A DNA stretch of 64,000 nucleotides from positions 299,886-363,885 of IMG/VR virus record IMGVR_UViG_3300037067_012889; one strand, given 5' to 3'. The stretch is from a virus. Taxonomy: Duplodnaviria > Caudoviricetes. The notes beneath the pieces were generated by a model. The model did no database searches, was not told where the DNA came from, and saw only the letters and a program-made list of their open reading frames with translations. The translations under genes and the position numbers were made by a program. Shown here piece after piece: positions 29,644 through 40,423 of this stretch (positions are counted from its first letter, which is position 1; each line of letters begins with the position of its first letter).

Positions 29644-31514
29644 TCACCTAGATTACAAACAGATTCAGGCCACAATACCTTTCCATCTCGCTCTCTTGGT
29701 CCTTCATCTAAGAAGCATCCACATACAGCACATCGATTAAGCGTACGTTGTGTACACAAAGCGCATATATCTAGCCGCGATTCTATTGTTTCGATTCGCG
29801 CTGTTTTTATGCCAGCGGCAGCATGTTTTAAAAGCGCCTTCGTATAATTCCATACCATCTTGGTCAATGGCGGAAGTTTTTTCTTATCTGTTATATCGCG
29901 ACTTAGAATTGTATAACCGTAGTCGTCCTCATCATGTTCGACTACTGACCATTCTGGGTGCTCTCGCATATATTTCCGCATCGCCGGGAATAAACCGGGG
30001 CCAGATGGCTCACCAATTTCACCATATGCACCAGTTGAACGCAATAGAATGTAGTGGCGTACACGATGTCCAAACCTGGACAATTCAGCATAAAGTCTGT
30101 CAGCTTGATGGATGGAATGTATGACCAAGAGATCGGTCTCTTCTATGTCGTCGAGCGTCATCCAATCAATATGTTGGCTTTTATAATCTACAAGGTCGCC
30201 ACATAATTTAGCTAAATGCTTATGAATCGCTGCCGGTTCAAGTGTGTAAACTCGCAAAACCTTTGGATGTCCAGCCAATAACGTAACATCAAACTCTTTT
30301 TGTTTAACCATTGCTGTAATATGCTCGCACTTAGAAGCAAGCTCGCGAAAACGCGGCATATGGCGACCCATGTTGTGTGGGTGCTGCTCTGTCCAAGAAA
30401 ATACTTCATCAATAGTAGAACCAAAATTTCCACAAGTCTGACATGGTGGGTCTATGTGTCCTACTGGATCTTCTATAAGATAGTTCCAAGATTTTTCATC
30501 TATAACCTCCTCGAACGACACACGTCCTTCGCGCATTCTCTTCTTAAGACCAACAAAATGATCTCGAATGTCCTCTATCCCCATACCAAGCTCTTGACGC
30601 CCTATAACATAATTACGGATTCTGTCCCAATAATTAAGTGGATATGCAACACCGTTTGGACGTAAAAATCGGTGCGACCATCCGAGAAATGGGAGATTCA
30701 AACACTTATGACCAGCTTTTCGATATTTAGCGTGTATGTAACCTTCTTCGCCGCCAAACCCACGAAATTCAGAATTAAATCCGAGCCACGCATCTCTACG
30801 GCAAGAAAAAAGCCCCATACCATGAGCCGGTATTTCGAATGCTGGATCATTATAGTTGCACCCAAGAGGTTTACATCCAATGTTGTAAAATGCTGGCTCA
30901 TGACCAGTATATGGAATTTTCGGATAGATAAGACCACAAGGGCATTGTGTACGTGATATATCGCTATACATCAAGTCATGTATGATGATTTCTCCATTCC
31001 ATATCGGGATTGAGAAATACCGACCACATTTACACATCCAAGCTCTACTCCAAATACCTAGCATATTATCACGCCACACTAAATCGAAATGTGTAGAAAT
31101 ATCCCGAAGATTATCATATATTAACGGACCTGTTAATAAATCTTTGTTATCTCGATTAAATTCATACCAATCAATAAGCCGTTTTACAGCACCTGGAACA
31201 AGTAAAACATGACAATCCATACAAAGAACAAACTCGGTCTGTGCTTCTCGAAATATACGATCTTTCGCATTAGCTGGACCAATTTTTTCTTCATAAGGAA
31301 CATATCGTGCAGACGATATACTGTCTACGAACTTTGAAACAGCTTTGCCAGCAACAGTCGCTGGCGAATTATCAATTACGACGATCTCGACATCATTTAT
31401 GTCGTGATACATTCGCAGAGCTTGAATAGAAAAGTAAACTCCGTCATAGTCATTGAAATGAGCTAGTCCAACAGTTAGCTTCTTCGGCATGGTTCTTCCA
31501 TTATATATTTTCAA
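29625..31514 (-). CDS. GT2-family glycosyltransferase with C-terminal methyltransferase-like and Cys-rich domains
   Basis: VVIDNS, CMDCH, FRGFGGEEGY; C-terminal RLDICALC...CAVCGC; start may be 31490. Confidence 0.7.
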   Translation of the reverse strand: MKIYNGRTMPKKLTVGLAHFNDYDGVYFSIQALRMYHDINDVEIVVIDNSPATVAGKAVSKFVDSISSARYVPYEEKIGPANAKDRIFREAQTEFVLCMDCHVLLVPGAVKRLIDWYEFNRDNKDLLTGPLIYDNLRDISTHFDLVWRDNMLGIWSRAWMCKCGRYFSIPIWNGEIIIHDLMYSDISRTQCPCGLIYPKIPYTGHEPAFYNIGCKPLGCNYNDPAFEIPAHGMGLFSCRRDAWLGFNSEFRGFGGEEGYIHAKYRKAGHKCLNLPFLGWSHRFLRPNGVAYPLNYWDRIRNYVIGRQELGMGIEDIRDHFVGLKKRMREGRVSFEEVIDEKSWNYLIEDPVGHIDPPCQTCGNFGSTIDEVFSWTEQHPHNMGRHMPRFRELASKCEHITAMVKQKEFDVTLLAGHPKVLRVYTLEPAAIHKHLAKLCGDLVDYKSQHIDWMTLDDIEETDLLVIHSIHQADRLYAELSRFGHRVRHYILLRSTGAYGEIGEPSGPGLFPAMRKYMREHPEWSVVEHDEDDYGYTILSRDITDKKKLPPLTKMVWNYTKALLKHAAAGIKTARIETIESRLDICALCTQRTLNRCAVCGCFLDEGPRERDGKVLWPESVCNLGEWFEEE

Positions 31515-34191
31515 GATAAAGATCGGCCATTGGTCGCCAATCTGGCGATTCGCTCGTACTATCGTAACTCCCTATTGGCTCTGTAGATATTATCCTTTGC
31601 ACCCAAACATATGATCCCGGATCATGTGTAAGCGATGTCGTCGGTCCACCAGTGCCACCAGAAATTTTCCAACCAAGACCTTCTCCTAAATACGACAGTA
31701 TGTATCCCTCTCCTTGTCCATTGCCTGGTGGCTGTGCTCTCAAATCTTCTGTTCCTTGTTGCATGAAGTCGCCACCTGCGACACCTGTGTATATTCCTAC
31801 AGCTGGGTGCACTGTTTCCGGACCATGGATATATGAAACAGAATATGTGATTATCGGGCCAGATGTAGTTGTGGGACCAGATGTAGTTGTGGGACCAGAT
31901 GTAGTTGTCGGTCCAGACGTAGTCGTGGGACCAGACGTGGTTGTCGGTCCAGACGTAGTTGATGTGGTTGTGGGACCAGATGTGGTTGTGGGACCAGATG
32001 TGGTTGTGGGAGCAATACCTGGCTTGCACCTAGTGTACGTAAGCTCGTAATCTGCTTTAGGTTCTTCACCCGGACTTGGCGGATCGCAATAGCAACCAAA
32101 CTGAGTGCAATCCTTTAAATGGACCCAATCACCACCGCCAGGAGATTTGTACCATGAGCATCGGTCTGTGCACACAATTTCCGGACTTGACGTTGTCGGC
32201 GTTGGTGGTATTGTCGGCGTTGGTGGTATTGTCGGTATCGGTGGTATTGTCGTCGGCGCTAAAGTTGTTGTTGGATATGGAGATTCTGTTGTAGTTGTAG
32301 TAGTTGTCGGGCCAATGGTAGGTGCTATAGTAGTCGTCGGTGCTACGGTAGTCGTTGGCCGAGTTGACGAGCCAATTGCACAAGCTAGTAGTGAATAACC
32401 TAAACAACTAACAACACCTTCAAGATTGATATCAATCCCAAATTTTAGATAAACACCACTGTTCCCTGTATATGTGAATACTAATGGTGACCCGATTGTT
32501 GAATATTTCTTGCCACCGTGGACGCTGCTATTGTTAGTACATATAGCCGACCAAGCAACCGAACATGACGCAGCATCGGGATAGTCCGGACACGATGCAC
32601 TACTTATTGATTTCGCTTCAGCACAAATATCATTAAATTTTGTACTGAACGTGATCGTTATTGTAACAGTGCTTGTATCAACGTAAGGTATGTTTACGGT
32701 GATGTCATAGTGTTGTAATGTACCATCCACAACACAATCAAATCCCTCGCACGTTGGATCGTCTGATGGATCTGGATTATATGGCATCCTAAGCTCTAAA
32801 CTAGTATCTAGATAGCTAGGGCAATCGCATGGACAACATATTTCATCTATTGGTGGTGTTATTGGTTCTACGACCAACACAGGACAACTGCCAGAGACAT
32901 CGTTAACATTAGAACAGAAAAAGAAATCTTCTTGACAGCAGCGTTGTCCCGGATATTGTGGTTCAATTATTGACCATGGATATCGTGAATCTTGATTTGT
33001 GCTAGAATTGGCCTGCCTCCAAGCAACTATAGACGCTGGAGTAAAATCCTTCCAATTGAATTTGGCCTGATGTTTGGTCCAACATGCTTCTACTGGTGTC
33101 CATTCAACAAACTGTAATGTGGGTGCTATGAGATCTATAACTTGCTTCTCTTCAAACTGAAATCGTGTTATGTTTTTACAAGTATCAGTCACAGATCGAA
33201 CTGCAGCAAACGACAAATCGCTAATCGCACTAAGCGTATCTATGTTAGTTGTATTGCATGCATGTGATATCGCAAGCTTCGATACGCAGTTCTTTAAAAA
33301 TAAAGTATCAGAAAAATAGAAAATACTCGATTTTAATCCACTATATCGTAATGTAATAACTGCTTTCGTAGCTGCAATTGTATCATCGACTAAACTATTT
33401 TCTGCGACCTCAAAGAAACCCAAGCCGTCAGCGCCTTGTGGACCTTTACGACCAATTTCATTGGCTTTATAATACCAACTATGATCGGACCAATCATTAG
33501 ATATTAATTGACCCGAAATAGTAGAAGTAACGCGATCATAGTTTAAAAAAGAATCTGAACTCAGCTTGATTTCTGAATATGATATCGTATATGGATCATC
33601 ATTAACCGGTTGTAAAATGGTCAATACGCTTTTGTTGGAGCCGCTTTTAAATAGTCGCAACGAAATAGGCGTATCGATAGTCGATGTAACAGTCGCATTA
33701 ATAAATAGCACAGTACCAACCACAGAAGCAATATGCTTTAATTCAGATGCACCGGCTATACCATCTACCCCAGTGGCACCAGTTGCTCCTATTTCCCCCT
33801 GTTCGCCTGGACACTTCATCTGTGAAAGCAGTGACAACAATCTCGGTCTACTTACTTCAATTCTAAGATCATTCTCAGATTCAGGTTCGAATGTTATTGT
33901 GTGATTTGAAGATCTGAATAGATAATAATATCCAGCAGTATATGGATATATTTTTAAGAAATCGAAAGTCAAGCCGCTCTGAACGGCACTCGATATAGCA
34001 TTGATACGCGTTACGATAGTCGGTGAAATCAAACCATTGTTAGCCTCGGTAACAACAGGAACAGATTCTAAAGCACCGATACATGACCAAATATTCAACC
34101 TACTATTATATTGCCATCTATCGCCATTACCGTCTAACACGATAGTGCCGTCTGCAACATTTTCACCATTACTTAATGCGTGACAACTCAA
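31501..34191 (-). CDS. Virion/structural protein with mucin-like PTTTSG repeats; paralog of 34208-36472
   Basis: Shared N-terminal ~450 aa, short collagen segments, Thr/Pro-rich tail. Confidence 0.7.
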   Translation of the reverse strand: MSCHALSNGENVADGTIVLDGNGDRWQYNSRLNIWSCIGALESVPVVTEANNGLISPTIVTRINAISSAVQSGLTFDFLKIYPYTAGYYYLFRSSNHTITFEPESENDLRIEVSRPRLLSLLSQMKCPGEQGEIGATGATGVDGIAGASELKHIASVVGTVLFINATVTSTIDTPISLRLFKSGSNKSVLTILQPVNDDPYTISYSEIKLSSDSFLNYDRVTSTISGQLISNDWSDHSWYYKANEIGRKGPQGADGLGFFEVAENSLVDDTIAATKAVITLRYSGLKSSIFYFSDTLFLKNCVSKLAISHACNTTNIDTLSAISDLSFAAVRSVTDTCKNITRFQFEEKQVIDLIAPTLQFVEWTPVEACWTKHQAKFNWKDFTPASIVAWRQANSSTNQDSRYPWSIIEPQYPGQRCCQEDFFFCSNVNDVSGSCPVLVVEPITPPIDEICCPCDCPSYLDTSLELRMPYNPDPSDDPTCEGFDCVVDGTLQHYDITVNIPYVDTSTVTITITFSTKFNDICAEAKSISSASCPDYPDAASCSVAWSAICTNNSSVHGGKKYSTIGSPLVFTYTGNSGVYLKFGIDINLEGVVSCLGYSLLACAIGSSTRPTTTVAPTTTIAPTIGPTTTTTTTESPYPTTTLAPTTIPPIPTIPPTPTIPPTPTTSSPEIVCTDRCSWYKSPGGGDWVHLKDCTQFGCYCDPPSPGEEPKADYELTYTRCKPGIAPTTTSGPTTTSGPTTTSTTSGPTTTSGPTTTSGPTTTSGPTTTSGPTTTSGPIITYSVSYIHGPETVHPAVGIYTGVAGGDFMQQGTEDLRAQPPGNGQGEGYILSYLGEGLGWKISGGTGGPTTSLTHDPGSYVWVQRIISTEPIGSYDSTSESPDWRPMADLYLENI
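31858..32010 (-). repeat. 18-bp tandem repeat encoding (GPTTTS)n
   Basis: ccagatgtagttgtggga-type units on the + strand. Confidence 0.85.
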
Positions 34192-34207
34192 CTAAGTACT
34201 CCTTAAC

Positions 34208-36472
34208 TTATGGTGACGGCGATGGTGACGGTGATGGCGATGTTGACGGTGAAAACGACGGCAATGATAGAGATGGAGACAATGAGTACGATGGCGATGC
34301 TGATGGTATAGATGGCGATGGAGATAATGATTTACTTGCTGATGGCGATAACGATAATGACGGGGATAATGATTGTGAGTGTGAAGGCGAAAGAGATGGT
34401 GACAAACTCACTGATGGAGATATTGATGGCGAATACGACATGCTTAACGATCGCGACGGTGAAGGAGACAATATCGATGGTGACGAAGATGGAGATGGCG
34501 AGACCCCAGACGCACCCGTAGCCCCAGGCACTCCAGACGCACCAGAAGCCCCGGTGGCCCCAGAAGCCCCGGTGGCCCCAGAACCACATGTTACTCCTGT
34601 TGCACCAGTTGCAGCAGTTATGTTTTTAGTCGCAATCGAAACAGTAAGCTTGTAACCAAGACAACAATCCAATTTAAGAGTATTAATCTCAGCGTGTGCG
34701 GAAATTGTTCCTATTGATCCGATATATCGCTGCCACATTGTACCGACTGCAGTACAAGATTGACTACTGCTGCTCGATTGCAACGACAGGGTTGATGTTT
34801 TGGTGGATTTGTCCGAAATTGTCCAGCTTATCGGACAATTCGATTCAGAGACTGCCTCACGTGGATCAAATATGAATCCAGGTATCGTGTTAGATTGTGA
34901 TGAATACAAATCTCTTGATTCATCACAAATAGAATCATATTCTAGCTTCCATGAAACTATTACAACAATCGCCGATGATGTTGATAAATTAATCGTTATA
35001 TTATATTCGTGCGTTTCTCCATTTATGCTACATATAGCTATTTGAGATGATGTCTCGACAATATCAGTAACATTAACATCTTCAAATTCGTAACCATCTT
35101 GCAATAAGAATGATATTGGGCAATCACAATCACAACCATAAGCCGTTTCAATCGGTGCGAGCAGATCGCCAACAATGTTAACTGGGCATGCTCCGGTCAC
35201 ATCGTTCACATTAGAACAGAAGAAAAAATCTTCTTGGCAGCACATTTGCCCCGGATCAGACTCTTCAACTATCGCCCACGGATAACTGGGATCACCAGCT
35301 ATGGCACTATTAGCTTTTTGCCATGGGACCATAGCTGAGCCGACCTTCGTAAAATCCATCCATGACAATCGAGTCTCCGCCATATGTCGTTGCCGCAGGC
35401 ATGTAGCAGTTGGAGTCCATTCGCTAAAAACTAAATTCGGTATTTCGGCAACTACTGGTTCTAAAACATATCTCGTAATATTCTTACAAGTATCAACTGT
35501 CATGTGTAATGCTGCATATGAATCAGTAAGTGATATTGTGGTGGTCGAGCATATATTGTTAATTGCTAATTTCGATACACAATTTGTTTTAAATAATTCT
35601 GCTTTAAGATAATTGATCGTGTCGGTACTATCACCCTCGCGCATCATTATGACGGCGTTATTGGCTATAAGACTTGCATCGTCGATAGAATCGGTTATAA
35701 CTTCTAGAAAGCTGCTACCTTCTGGCCCGGTCGCACCTTTTCTGCCCATCTGAAGCGCTTTATAATACCAATTCGTCTTTCCCCATTGCGAGCTAGCTAT
35801 CTTTCCAACTAATTGGCCATCTGAATAGTCAAAAAATGTAGCAGTTGAATCTATGATTATCTTGGATTGTAAAATCTCATATTCAGAACCAACTACCTTT
35901 ATAACAACAGTCGGAGTTGTAGAATAACCAGCAAAAATTCTCAATGATATCGGCGTACCTAACGAGTCATCAACGGCTACGTCTATTGTTAGAATTGAAC
36001 CAGACACAATTGCAGCATATTTTACTTCGTCCTCTCCGGCTGTTCCTGATATACCAGCAGCACCAGTTGCTCCTACTTCACCCTGGCTTCCGGGGCATTT
36101 GATTTGTGAAAGCAGCGACAATAATCTCGGTCTACTTGCTTCAATCCTAAGAGCGTTCTCGGATTCTGGCTCAAATGTTATTGTATGATTTGAAGATCTA
36201 AATAAATAGTAATATCCAGAAGTATATGGATATATTTTTAAGAAATCAAAAGTTAAACCATCCTGGACGGCACTTGATATCGCGTTAATACGCGTTACGA
36301 TAGTCGGTGAAATCAAACCATCTTTGGTTTCTGTTACGACCGGCGAATCGCCAATCATACCAATATTGGTCCAAGAATTAGTCTGCGTGTCATATTGCCA
36401 AATCGATCCATAGGTATCGCAAACCTGCGTACCATCGGTGGCTGTTTTCGGCAGGTTTGCGATATTGGACAT
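34208..36472 (-). CDS. Virion/structural protein with Ser/Pro-rich tail; paralog of 31501-34191
   Basis: GLISPTIVTRINAISSAVQ...YYYLFRSSNHTITFEPESEN shared; ends in (SP)n. Confidence 0.7.
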   Translation of the reverse strand: MSNIANLPKTATDGTQVCDTYGSIWQYDTQTNSWTNIGMIGDSPVVTETKDGLISPTIVTRINAISSAVQDGLTFDFLKIYPYTSGYYYLFRSSNHTITFEPESENALRIEASRPRLLSLLSQIKCPGSQGEVGATGAAGISGTAGEDEVKYAAIVSGSILTIDVAVDDSLGTPISLRIFAGYSTTPTVVIKVVGSEYEILQSKIIIDSTATFFDYSDGQLVGKIASSQWGKTNWYYKALQMGRKGATGPEGSSFLEVITDSIDDASLIANNAVIMMREGDSTDTINYLKAELFKTNCVSKLAINNICSTTTISLTDSYAALHMTVDTCKNITRYVLEPVVAEIPNLVFSEWTPTATCLRQRHMAETRLSWMDFTKVGSAMVPWQKANSAIAGDPSYPWAIVEESDPGQMCCQEDFFFCSNVNDVTGACPVNIVGDLLAPIETAYGCDCDCPISFLLQDGYEFEDVNVTDIVETSSQIAICSINGETHEYNITINLSTSSAIVVIVSWKLEYDSICDESRDLYSSQSNTIPGFIFDPREAVSESNCPISWTISDKSTKTSTLSLQSSSSSQSCTAVGTMWQRYIGSIGTISAHAEINTLKLDCCLGYKLTVSIATKNITAATGATGVTCGSGATGASGATGASGASGVPGATGASGVSPSPSSSPSILSPSPSRSLSMSYSPSISPSVSLSPSLSPSHSQSLSPSLSLSPSASKSLSPSPSIPSASPSYSLSPSLSLPSFSPSTSPSPSPSPSP

Positions 36473-36477
36473 ATTAA

Positions 36478-36693
36478 TTAATCATCCGATGATATTGCAT
36501 CAAGCAATTCGCTTGGATCATAATCAACCAGTGGTACGATCCGATCTATACCTTCTTCTTCAACTTCCGCAGCACAGCGTACACAAAAAACTGTGTCTGG
36601 GACAGCCTTTAGACGTTCCTTTGGTATTTTTCGTCCGCACTGTTCACAAACCACAGCAGTTTCAGGTTTATGATTCTCTTGTTTATTTGGCAT
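36478..36693 (-). CDS. TraR/DksA C4 zinc-finger protein
   Basis: CEQCGRKIPKERLKAVPDTVFCVRCA. Confidence 0.85.
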   Translation of the reverse strand: MPNKQENHKPETAVVCEQCGRKIPKERLKAVPDTVFCVRCAAEVEEEGIDRIVPLVDYDPSELLDAISSDD

Positions 36694-36737
36694 ACTACCT
36701 CCTCAGTGTTAATCTATCACTTAAGAAAATATAATAC

Positions 36738-37379
36738 ATGGATACCATCAGGTTTGAATGTAAATTATCGAGAGTTTTGTCATTAAATGAATCGATGACG
36801 CCCGGTAATATTATTCAAGCAATAAACAACCAGCGCCAATCGCAACATCTAGATCCATTATCCCCAAATAGTAGTATTAGTATAGCTGCTGAAATTCAGG
36901 CTATACAAATGGCTTCAACTGGCCAATTTGGGCATGTACTAAAGAATGTTAAATATCCAAAACCAGCAGACAGAATGAGAGCATCTGGGTATGATTTTTT
37001 GAATGCCGGTGAAGTATTGTATGCGGGCACAGACGATCAAGATATGGCTGTACGAGATTGGCTCAATTCAAAACCGCATCGTGAAGCAATACTCCATCCG
37101 GATGTTAAAGAAATCGGGGCAGCTATCAAGCACGATAAAAATGGTCGTGCTTATGCCTGTGCTGTAGTGTGCGTTCCAAACAACAAAAGAAAACAACGGA
37201 CGAAACAGAAAACAAAAAATGTTGCTTCTGAAATTGGTAATAGAATTATAGATGCTGTCGAAGAATATGGAAAAACAGCTGGTAAGAAACTACTGATTAA
37301 AATTGCACAATCTGACCAATATAAGAATATTCTTCAATCACCTATTATCAAAAAGATAATAAAAGCACTACAAGACTAA
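36738..37379 (+). CDS. CAP (SCP-like) domain protein
   Basis: INNQR...GH...GEVL...WLNSKPHREAILHP...IGAA. Confidence 0.75.
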   Translation: MDTIRFECKLSRVLSLNESMTPGNIIQAINNQRQSQHLDPLSPNSSISIAAEIQAIQMASTGQFGHVLKNVKYPKPADRMRASGYDFLNAGEVLYAGTDDQDMAVRDWLNSKPHREAILHPDVKEIGAAIKHDKNGRAYACAVVCVPNNKRKQRTKQKTKNVASEIGNRIIDAVEEYGKTAGKKLLIKIAQSDQYKNILQSPIIKKIIKALQD

Positions 37380-38221
37380 TTCTTTTTAAATGGTAGTTTG
37401 TCGCAAACAAATCCTGCGGCACCCTTATGACCGCCACCACCATATTGTTTCGCTATCAATGACACATCAACCGTTTCAGAATATAAACTAACAGTATATT
37501 CTTTACCATCATGTATATATGCTATACATATTGGATATTTGTCTACTCTTTCTCCAAATCCCTGAGATCCAAAACGATATATGTTCGCTGCGTAAGCTTT
37601 TTGACCACCTATCGTCGTTTCATAGCCGAAAGCATTGCAGATATCATCACAATAATTGGTGCGATATTTAACAGCTATTTTACCTTCTTCAACAATCTTC
37701 TGCCAGAGGGTCTCCTCATCAAATAATAAATCCCAAATTCCCTTCTTAGGCGATTGATCCCAAAGCTTTAAGCCTTCATAGAATGGTAGACATTCATTTT
37801 CATGTTGCATCCTCCAAGAATCATAATCACCAAGAAGATTTAACCAGTATGGTTTGGCATCGCGTGGAAAGAAGAATTTATATGTCAATTCAGCACCGCA
37901 CAGCCCTTTCTCATTGAAATCGCGTTCACCAGGAACGTTATATCTATAAGCCTTTGCTGTGTTGTGATGATCGCACCAAATCACTCCCATCTCTGTCTTG
38001 GCTTGTATCGCCGCCATGTCATCTGGTTTAAATGAAAAATCGACAATAACCACAGTGTCATTTGGTTTGATTTTTTCAATCGGCACTCTGTTCTTATAAT
38101 CCATCTCGACCATATGGATACCAGCACGCTCTTGGGAAGGACGTGGCATAGTAAAGAACCAACGCTTCACAATAGCCGCAGCACATCTGCCATCGGCATC
38201 GCAATGATGGAAAACAATCAT
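37376..38221 (-). CDS. DHH/DHHA1 phosphoesterase
   Basis: HHCDADG, VDFS, CDHH, GGGGHKGAAGF. Confidence 0.9.
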   Translation of the reverse strand: MIVFHHCDADGRCAAAIVKRWFFTMPRPSQERAGIHMVEMDYKNRVPIEKIKPNDTVVIVDFSFKPDDMAAIQAKTEMGVIWCDHHNTAKAYRYNVPGERDFNEKGLCGAELTYKFFFPRDAKPYWLNLLGDYDSWRMQHENECLPFYEGLKLWDQSPKKGIWDLLFDEETLWQKIVEEGKIAVKYRTNYCDDICNAFGYETTIGGQKAYAANIYRFGSQGFGERVDKYPICIAYIHDGKEYTVSLYSETVDVSLIAKQYGGGGHKGAAGFVCDKLPFKKN

Positions 38222-38241
38222 TATTTATCCTTCGTACTACA

Positions 38242-38616
38242 TCAATATGACGACGCACATTCTCCGACTTCAATGAATTTAGCCATCTCTTCCGGTATTG
38301 CGTGCTTATTGCAAAATCTTCGATGGTTAAAAACACCAGGCTCATTTTTGGTTGAACCGACCATTGTTGCCTGCTCATTACAGCCGTCAGCTTCACATTT
38401 GTCCTTCGGCCATTCTTGTATTATGTCATCAAACACGATGCCCTGAATCAAATAAGATCGCCAATGTTCCTCGGCCTCTTCACGTGTCAGATGGCCTGGG
38501 CAATCGTCGGCACAGAGCCCAACGGGCCATATACGATTATCATTGCGACAAGTATAATGAAATAGGCCAGAAGGCTTGCCATCTCTTATAATCTCTCTTG
38601 CGCCGTAATAATTCAT
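38242..38616 (-). CDS. Cys/His-rich hypothetical protein
   Basis: 124-aa ORF, co-oriented with its neighbours. Confidence 0.55.
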   Translation of the reverse strand: MNYYGAREIIRDGKPSGLFHYTCRNDNRIWPVGLCADDCPGHLTREEAEEHWRSYLIQGIVFDDIIQEWPKDKCEADGCNEQATMVGSTKNEPGVFNHRRFCNKHAIPEEMAKFIEVGECASSY

Positions 38617-38625
38617 TTTTGGTAC

Positions 38626-40371
38626 CTAGAATGGAATGTCATCATCTATAGGTTTGGATCGGATTTCTTGGATTTCCGATTTGAACTTCTCGCCATATTC
38701 GACAGCGTCTTTGAACCATGACGGAATCATCGAAGCTGCTTCTCTCATAAACCGTTCAAAAACTTCATCAAGAACATAAGTATGAGCCCAGTCTGTCTCA
38801 CTACGGATGCTTCTACCACTTGATTGAATGAGCTTAAGAGCAGTCAACCATGTATAGTATCGGCGATCCAGTTCTAACCTTCGTGCCAATTGTTTATTAT
38901 CAATAAAGTTTGGCCATGGCACCTTACAAATTAACTGAATCCTGCTTAAATCACCATATAGATCCAGGCCCTCGTGTAAAGCTGGTGCGACAATAATTGT
39001 ATTATCGCTATCTGCATGCTTCCTCAGCATGTCTTCTTTTGTAGCGAAATGTTTCTGATACAAAAATCGTTCCCTGTGATGAGATTTTGCCATCAATAGA
39101 TCAGCAATAGCGAAATTATGTGTATGGATAATTCCACGATCGGCTTCATATCTATCGAGTATGCTATCAACTTTTGCGACTAACTTTGGTGCCCATTCGT
39201 GCATCTTTGTTGGACCACCAACTATTTTAGCGGCAATATCTTTAATTATCGGGCGATGTTCAACTGGAAAACGATTCTTCATACGATATGCCGAAACCTG
39301 ATTCCTCGGAATGCCCAAAGAGGAACAGAATATATCAACTTCTAAAACTGTAGCACTCATCAAAAGCACATTTTTACCATTATTGAACAATAGCTGATGT
39401 GATTTTGAATGAACATATACCGGTTTAAGAGTGACAACACGATAGCCTTCGTTAGCTTTATATTCAGCAACCCATTCTTCTTCTGCCTCAATGGCACTAT
39501 AAAATGCGTTTAGCTTGCGTGCTATGCCTTCATATTCATCAGCTATCTCTACATCACCATTCTCTTCAGCGCTCTCCGCTATGGCTTGCACTTTAGCTAA
39601 AATATCGTTTTCCTTAAATGATACATAATACTCTTGCGGTAATTCATATGGTTCTAATTTATAACCAACTTTCTGCAATCGTTTGTCGTCGATTGTGACC
39701 GAAATAAAATCCAATAACTGCGGTTCCGCTTGATGGCATTCATCGACAATCATAAGATCACGTGGCCAGAATCTATCCCCGGTAGTTTTCTGATACAGAA
39801 AACTACTATAATTCATGATGACCATTCTAGCAGCCATCGCTTGTCCTACTTGGTGATAGTAAGGACACGTACTATGCAAATAATTTTCTATTAACCGACT
39901 TACACGATCTTCTTTATCAGATTGGTATGGAAAGCACATCGTGCATTTACGAGCTTTATCTTTCCTGCGGCAATAGCCATTATCACATGTCGGAGGAGCG
40001 ATCAAAAATTTGTTTAAGTCTTTTTGAAACATTCCTTTTCTTGCAACCGCAGAAGCTCCAAACTTTTCATAAAAAGCACATTTATATGCAGATCGACCCT
40101 TAAGATCGACAGTCTCACCACTTGCAAAATCTTTCATCAACTGCGATTGTAAGACTTTCTGAACAGTAAGATAATAACTGTTTTGAAAGAATTTAGCGAC
40201 TGCCATACCTATGACAGATTTACCAGTCCCGGTTGGACCTTCAAGAACGAAATATTTCTTACCTTTATTGATGAAGGCGTCAAGGATTGCCCTAATACAA
40301 GCAATCTGCCCATCGCGTGGCGTATCGAATGGGAAGTTCGCCAGTATTTCTTCGTCTGTCCAAGACAACAT
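38626..40371 (-). CDS. DinG/XPD-family SF2 helicase
   Basis: GPTGTGKS, Fe-S-type Cys, CPYY, DECH, MSAT, EGLD, QSSGRSIRS. Confidence 0.88.
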   Translation of the reverse strand: MLSWTDEEILANFPFDTPRDGQIACIRAILDAFINKGKKYFVLEGPTGTGKSVIGMAVAKFFQNSYYLTVQKVLQSQLMKDFASGETVDLKGRSAYKCAFYEKFGASAVARKGMFQKDLNKFLIAPPTCDNGYCRRKDKARKCTMCFPYQSDKEDRVSRLIENYLHSTCPYYHQVGQAMAARMVIMNYSSFLYQKTTGDRFWPRDLMIVDECHQAEPQLLDFISVTIDDKRLQKVGYKLEPYELPQEYYVSFKENDILAKVQAIAESAEENGDVEIADEYEGIARKLNAFYSAIEAEEEWVAEYKANEGYRVVTLKPVYVHSKSHQLLFNNGKNVLLMSATVLEVDIFCSSLGIPRNQVSAYRMKNRFPVEHRPIIKDIAAKIVGGPTKMHEWAPKLVAKVDSILDRYEADRGIIHTHNFAIADLLMAKSHHRERFLYQKHFATKEDMLRKHADSDNTIIVAPALHEGLDLYGDLSRIQLICKVPWPNFIDNKQLARRLELDRRYYTWLTALKLIQSSGRSIRSETDWAHTYVLDEVFERFMREAASMIPSWFKDAVEYGEKFKSEIQEIRSKPIDDDIPF

Positions 40372-40423
40372 ATAAAAGCTCCATTATGACGTGTTGGTAT
40401 ATGAGAATAAAATACTATCAGAA

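Noticed and set aside
31622-34655. (GPDVVV)n, (SHNHIW)n and (DG)n ORFs
   Set aside because: These are alternative-frame or antisense readings of the PTTTSG and SP repeats.
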